A stretch of 32,000 nt of DNA. Source: Candidatus Pelagibacter sp. HTCC7211. GTDB taxonomy: Bacteria; Pseudomonadota; Alphaproteobacteria; Pelagibacterales; Pelagibacteraceae. The stretch is from the NCBI RefSeq assembly GCF_000155895.1, contig NZ_DS995298.1:1020001-1052000 (forward strand). Direction: 5' to 3'. The notes beneath the pieces are model-generated. The model had not been told where the DNA came from, made no database searches, and worked only from the letters and a program-made list of their open reading frames with translations. Position numbers and translations under genes: made by a program. Position 1 is the first letter of the stretch. Each line of letters opens with the position of its first letter. Shown here piece by piece: positions 28,270 through 32,000 of the stretch.

Positions 28270-29088
28270 TTAATTTAATTTCTCCTTATCTTCTGTAGAA
28301 AATTTTTTTTCTAATTTTTCTCTATCTAATTCTTGAACTGTTTTAACTTGAATATCCTTTTTATCATTATTAGAGTTTTCAGTTATTGGTGCTGAAGAAG
28401 GAATTGAACTTTTTGCATAATTAATTGTCTCTTTAATTAAGTTGCAATAAAGATCTATTGCTCGTCTTGCGTCATCATTGCCTGGAATAGGATAATCAAT
28501 ATTATCAGGATTTGAATTGCTATCTAAAATTGCAATTATTGGAATTCCTAGTTTTACAGATTCTGCTATTGCTAAAGACTCATAATTCGTATCAATAATA
28601 AATACTAAATCAGGAGTTTTTTTCATTTCTGCTATACCTCCCAAAGATCTTTCAAGTTTATCTTTTTTAACACTCATCTTTAAAAGTTCTTTTTTAGTGA
28701 AACCTCTATTTTCAGCTGCTAAGGCAGTCTCATATTTCTTCATCTTCTTTATAGAGCCAGAGATTGTTCCCCAGTTAGTAAGCATACCACCTAGCCATCT
28801 GTAATTTACAAAGTATTGATCTGTTTCTTTTGCAACTTCAGCAATAGCCTCTGATGCTTGTTTTTTAGTTGATACAAATAAAATTTTGCCATTATTTGCA
28901 ATAATATTATAGACTTTTTCGAGAGCTACTTTTGTTAACTCTAAAGTCTGTGTTAAATCTATAATGTGAATTGAGTCTCTTTTTCCAAAAATGTATTTTT
29001 TCATTTTTGGGTTCCATCTTAAAGTTTTATGACCTAGATGAACGCCTGCTTCTAATAATTGCTGTATTGTTATTTCTGGTATTTTCAT
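28270..29088 (-). CDS. rpsB: 30S ribosomal protein S2
   Basis: 272 aa with the motifs [28 protein letters not shown] and the DTNSNPD-like [18 protein letters not shown]. Confidence 0.97.
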   Translation of the reverse strand: MKIPEITIQQLLEAGVHLGHKTLRWNPKMKKYIFGKRDSIHIIDLTQTLELTKVALEKVYNIIANNGKILFVSTKKQASEAIAEVAKETDQYFVNYRWLGGMLTNWGTISGSIKKMKKYETALAAENRGFTKKELLKMSVKKDKLERSLGGIAEMKKTPDLVFIIDTNYESLAIAESVKLGIPIIAILDSNSNPDNIDYPIPGNDDARRAIDLYCNLIKETINYAKSSIPSSAPITENSNNDKKDIQVKTVQELDREKLEKKFSTEDKEKLN

Positions 29089-29217
29089 ATTTATTCCCGG
29101 TTAAGCCACCACAGTAATTTCCAATTAAGGACCGGAGGTATAAAACCAACAACTGTGTGCGTGTTAATTTAATTGTGGATGTATTTACTAAGATTATGAT
29201 AATAAAACAAGGCTTTT
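29089..29217 (-). promoter_or_regulatory. rpsB promoter and structured 5' leader (candidate S2 autoregulatory leader)
   Basis: At 129 nt this is the largest non-coding gap in the window. It contains a GC-enriched core at 29096-29160 (about 46% G+C by my count). Two interleaved complementary pairs lie next to the start codon; see findings. Confidence 0.5.
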
Positions 29218-32000
29218 TTAGTTAATAGTGCTTGAAATATCCTCTTTTCTAAGAAGATATAGTGATTTTCTATCTAAATTTCTTAAGTTTTTGAGCTTAA
29301 ATTTTAATGTTTTTTCATTAATGGTCATATTAATGTTAACAATCGTTTTGCCATCTTCCTTTAATATTTTTGAGATTTCATCAACTTCAATATGAGATTT
29401 AACATCAAAAGAAACTTCATTAATAGGGCTATTATAAAGTTCTTTTAAAGATCCAATTTTTTGTACATTGATACGTTTAAATCTATTTTCATCATTAGAA
29501 ATATTTTTAATAAGAGTTAATATTAAGGAATTACCTTCTTTTAAAATCTCACGATTTAATTCTAAGATGTCAGAAAATATAAACAATTCAAAAACACTAT
29601 TTAGATCAGTTAATTTTAAAACAGCATATGCGTTTCCCTTTGCAGTTTTCCTTTCTTGAAGTTTTAATAAAGTTGCAGCAATATTTGCATCTTTAATTTC
29701 ATCATTGGAATTAAAATTTGAATAATCTTTAATTTTATAATCATCAAAAATTTCAGTAAATTGATTTAGAGGGTGATTTGAAATAAAAAATCCAACGGCT
29801 TCAAACTCTTTTGATAATCGTTCTTCAAAATTCCAATCTTCAATATCATGAGTTATATCATTTTGTAAACTTTCATCCTCTGAAAATAAATCTATTTGAT
29901 TTGCTGATTTGTTATCAAATATATTTTTGGTTTTCAGAATAAAGTTTGGAATTGAGTTAAAAAGTGACTGACGATTATTATTTAAATTATCAAATGCTCC
30001 TGCTTTAACCAATCCTTCCAATTGTAATTTATTCATATCTTTTGGATTAACTCTTTTCAAAAAATCATTAATAGAGTCAAATTTACCGTTTTCAGATCTT
30101 TCTTTTATAACATTAGATATGGCTTCATAGCCAACTGCTTTGATGCCACCAAGTGCATAATAAAATTTATCTCCTTCTGTTCTAAAGTCTGCATAACATT
30201 CATTGATATTAGGTCTTACAACTTTAATATTCAGTCTTTTTAATTCCTCATAAAATTCACTAAGTTTATTTTGATTAGAAATATCCATAGTCATTGATGC
30301 TGCAATAAACTCCTTTGGATAATAAGTTTTTAAGAATGCTGTTTGATAAGAAATAATTGCATAAGCAGCTGCATGACTTTTATTAAATCCATATTCAGCA
30401 AAAGGTTCAATTTTTAAAAAAATTCCAGCAGCTACATCTTTGGCTATCCCATTTTGTACCGCTCCTGCTATAAAACCCTGTTTTTGTTTTTCTAGTTCAG
30501 CTCTTTTCTTTTTTCCCATTGCTCTTCTTAAAAGATCAGCTTGACCTGCTGTAAAACCTGACAACTTTTGTGCAATTTGCATTACTTGTTCTTGATAAAT
30601 AATTACACCGTACGTTGGTTTTAAAATATCTTCTAAAAGTGGATGTAAGTAGTCTGGTGTTTGTCTTCCATGTTTACAGTCATTATAAGTTGAAATATTA
30701 CTCATTGGTCCAGGTCTATAAAGAGCAACTAAAGCAATAATATCCTCTATATGGTTAGGTTTCATTTGAACTAATGCCTCTCTCATACCTGAGCTTTCAA
30801 CTTGAAATAACCCAACTGTATTTCCACTAGATAAGAGCTCAAAAACCTTTTGATCTTCATAACTAATTTTTTCAATATCAAAATTTTTATCAATTTTTTT
30901 TACTAATTTTTGAGTATTATTAATTACAGTTAGTGTTTTAAGACCTAAAAAATCAAATTTTACTAATCCTGCATTTTCTGCTGAATACATATCAAATTGT
31001 GTCGAAGGTAATAACAATTCTGATGAAGCATCCTTATACAGAGGGACAACCTCTGTAAGCTTTTTATCTGCTATAACAACACCCGCAGCATGTGTTGCAA
31101 CATTCCGATTTAAACCTTCCAATTTTAAAGAAAGATCTGTTAATTTTTTTACTCTTTGATCTTCATTTATTAATTTTTGTAATCTTGGTTCACCAGAAAT
31201 ACATTGGGTTAATGTTTGAGGTCTTGATGGATCAAAAGGTATCATTTTAGAAATGCTATCTACAAATCCATAAGGCAAACCCAACACTCTACCAACATCT
31301 CTAACAACCATTCTTGCTTTTAATTTTCCAAATGTAATTATGTGAGCAACACTATCTTGATATTTTTTTGTTAAATATTCAAAAACTAAATCCCTTTTTT
31401 CCTCACAAAAATCTATATCAAAATCAGGCATTGAAATACGATCAGGATTCAAAAACCTTTCAAAAATTAAATTAAATTTAATTGGATCAACATCCGTAAT
31501 TGAGAGACACCATGCAACTAGTGAACCTGCACCGGAACCTCTACCTGGTCCAACTGGAATATCGTTGTTTTTTGCCCATTTAATATAATCAGAAACAATA
31601 AGAAAATAACTTGAGTATTTCATTTCAATTATTATTGATAATTCGTGATTCAGTCTATCCTTATAGTCTAAGTAGTTTTTATCATTATCTAATTCATTTT
31701 CCTTAATTCCAAAAATTTTATTAAATTTAATTTTTAAACCACTTAATGAGTCTTTCTTCAAAAGATCATCGGCATTTCCCCCTTCTTCAGAACTTATATT
31801 TGGTAAAATAGGATTTGAAAATAAAGGTCTAAAATTACATCTTAGTGGAAAATTATAATTATTTTCTAATGCTTCTGGTAAATCTGCAAATAGTTCTGAC
31901 ATTTCAGAATTACTTTTAAAATAATGTTGATTGCTTAAATGCTTTCTATTTTTTTCGTTAATATAAGTTTTGTTTCCAATACAAATTAGTGCATCGTGAG
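29218..32000 (-). CDS. dnaE: DNA polymerase III alpha subunit, C-terminal part (about 925 codons); the N-terminal PHP domain lies beyond the window edge
   Basis: The track ORF starts at an internal Met (31902). My hand translation of 31903-31998 in the same frame stays open and reads HDALICIGNKTYINEKNRKHLSNQHYFKSNSE, which is DnaE-like. Downstream motifs include GPGRGSGAGSLVAWCLSITDVDP, PDFDIDF, GLVKFDFLGL and FNKSHAAAYA. Confidence 0.95.
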   Translation of the reverse strand, partial: HDALICIGNKTYINEKNRKHLSNQHYFKSNSEMSELFADLPEALENNYNFPLRCNFRPLFSNPILPNISSEEGGNADDLLKKDSLSGLKIKFNKIFGIKENELDNDKNYLDYKDRLNHELSIIIEMKYSSYFLIVSDYIKWAKNNDIPVGPGRGSGAGSLVAWCLSITDVDPIKFNLIFERFLNPDRISMPDFDIDFCEEKRDLVFEYLTKKYQDSVAHIITFGKLKARMVVRDVGRVLGLPYGFVDSISKMIPFDPSRPQTLTQCISGEPRLQKLINEDQRVKKLTDLSLKLEGLNRNVATHAAGVVIADKKLTEVVPLYKDASSELLLPSTQFDMYSAENAGLVKFDFLGLKTLTVINNTQKLVKKIDKNFDIEKISYEDQKVFELLSSGNTVGLFQVESSGMREALVQMKPNHIEDIIALVALYRPGPMSNISTYNDCKHGRQTPDYLHPLLEDILKPTYGVIIYQEQVMQIAQKLSGFTAGQADLLRRAMGKKKRAELEKQKQGFIAGAVQNGIAKDVAAGIFLKIEPFAEYGFNKSHAAAYAIISYQTAFLKTYYPKEFIAASMTMDISNQNKLSEFYEELKRLNIKVVRPNINECYADFRTEGDKFYYALGGIKAVGYEAISNVIKERSENGKFDSINDFLKRVNPKDMNKLQLEGLVKAGAFDNLNNNRQSLFNSIPNFILKTKNIFDNKSANQIDLFSEDESLQNDITHDIEDWNFEERLSKEFEAVGFFISNHPLNQFTEIFDDYKIKDYSNFNSNDEIKDANIAATLLKLQERKTAKGNAYAVLKLTDLNSVFELFIFSDILELNREILKEGNSLILTLIKNISNDENRFKRINVQKIGSLKELYNSPINEVSFDVKSHIEVDEISKILKEDGKTIVNINMTINEKTLKFKLKNLRNLDRKSLYLLRKEDISSTIN

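Noticed and set aside
27820-28278. A 152-aa plus-strand ORF antisense to tsf. Similar antisense ORFs in the track are 2350-2538, 4774-4971, 11538-11744, 12306-12671, 14430-14615, 18569-18862, 20126-20386, 21844-22062, 24033-24215, 24485-24730, 24986-25267, 25433-25639 and 29468-29659.
   Set aside because: All lie wholly inside strongly supported genes on the opposite strand. Their F/S/L/I-rich low-complexity sequences are what you get by reading K/E/N-rich AT-biased genes in antisense. None has a recognisable motif. They are shadow ORFs.
29174-29182. A DnaA-box-like sequence, TGTGGATGT, in the dnaE-rpsB spacer
   Set aside because: It is a single 7-of-9 match to TGTGGATAA with no clustering of boxes and no AT-rich unwinding element context. 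That is not evidence for an origin or for DnaA regulation.
1-32000. The possibility that the window hides a novel accessory, defence or mobile system
   Set aside because: Every substantial ORF except one has clear housekeeping-family motifs, and that one is a PpiD-like chaperone in a conserved context. Gene order follows conserved proteobacterial clusters. I found no integrase, transposase, tRNA, repeat array, compositional shift or run of unknown genes. Claiming a new system would not be supported by the sequence.

Overview
This window looks like ordinary, highly streamlined core genome of an AT-rich alphaproteobacterium; I found no previously undescribed system. The G+C is roughly 30% by eye. 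Alphaproteobacterial markers are a fused ispDF, lpxI in place of lpxH, an NtrY-type kinase and a GAAC-N7-GAAC SOS box. The composition and compaction resemble SAR11/Pelagibacter, but that assignment is inference. I can support 32 protein-coding genes, two of them truncated by the window edges and one of those (ntrY) missing from the ORF track. They cover the MEP pathway (ispDF, dxr), lipid A and outer membrane biogenesis (kdsA, lpxD/A/I/B, fabZ, skp, bamA), trpEGDC, glycolysis (eno, tpiA), translation (rpsB, tsf, frr, gltX), lexA and dnaE. Almost every gene junction is an overlap (ATGA, TAATG) or a spacer of 14 nt or less. That leaves no room for RNA genes, mobile elements, CRISPR arrays or repeat families, and I see none. 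There is no defence island, no cluster of unknown genes and no compositional break. The only protein without a confident functional assignment is a PpiD/SurA-N-like membrane-anchored protein. Points worth a second look are small-scale: a GC-rich rpsB 5' leader with interleaved complementarities, four LexA half-site tetramers phased at 11 bp in front of lexA, and departures from the conserved rpsB-to-lpxB cluster. Those departures are no pyrH, no rseP, and fabZ placed before lpxD with a perfect hairpin at that junction. Others are a convergent coding overlap (gltX/lpxB) and a 22-nt head-to-head gene pair (ntrY/ispDF).
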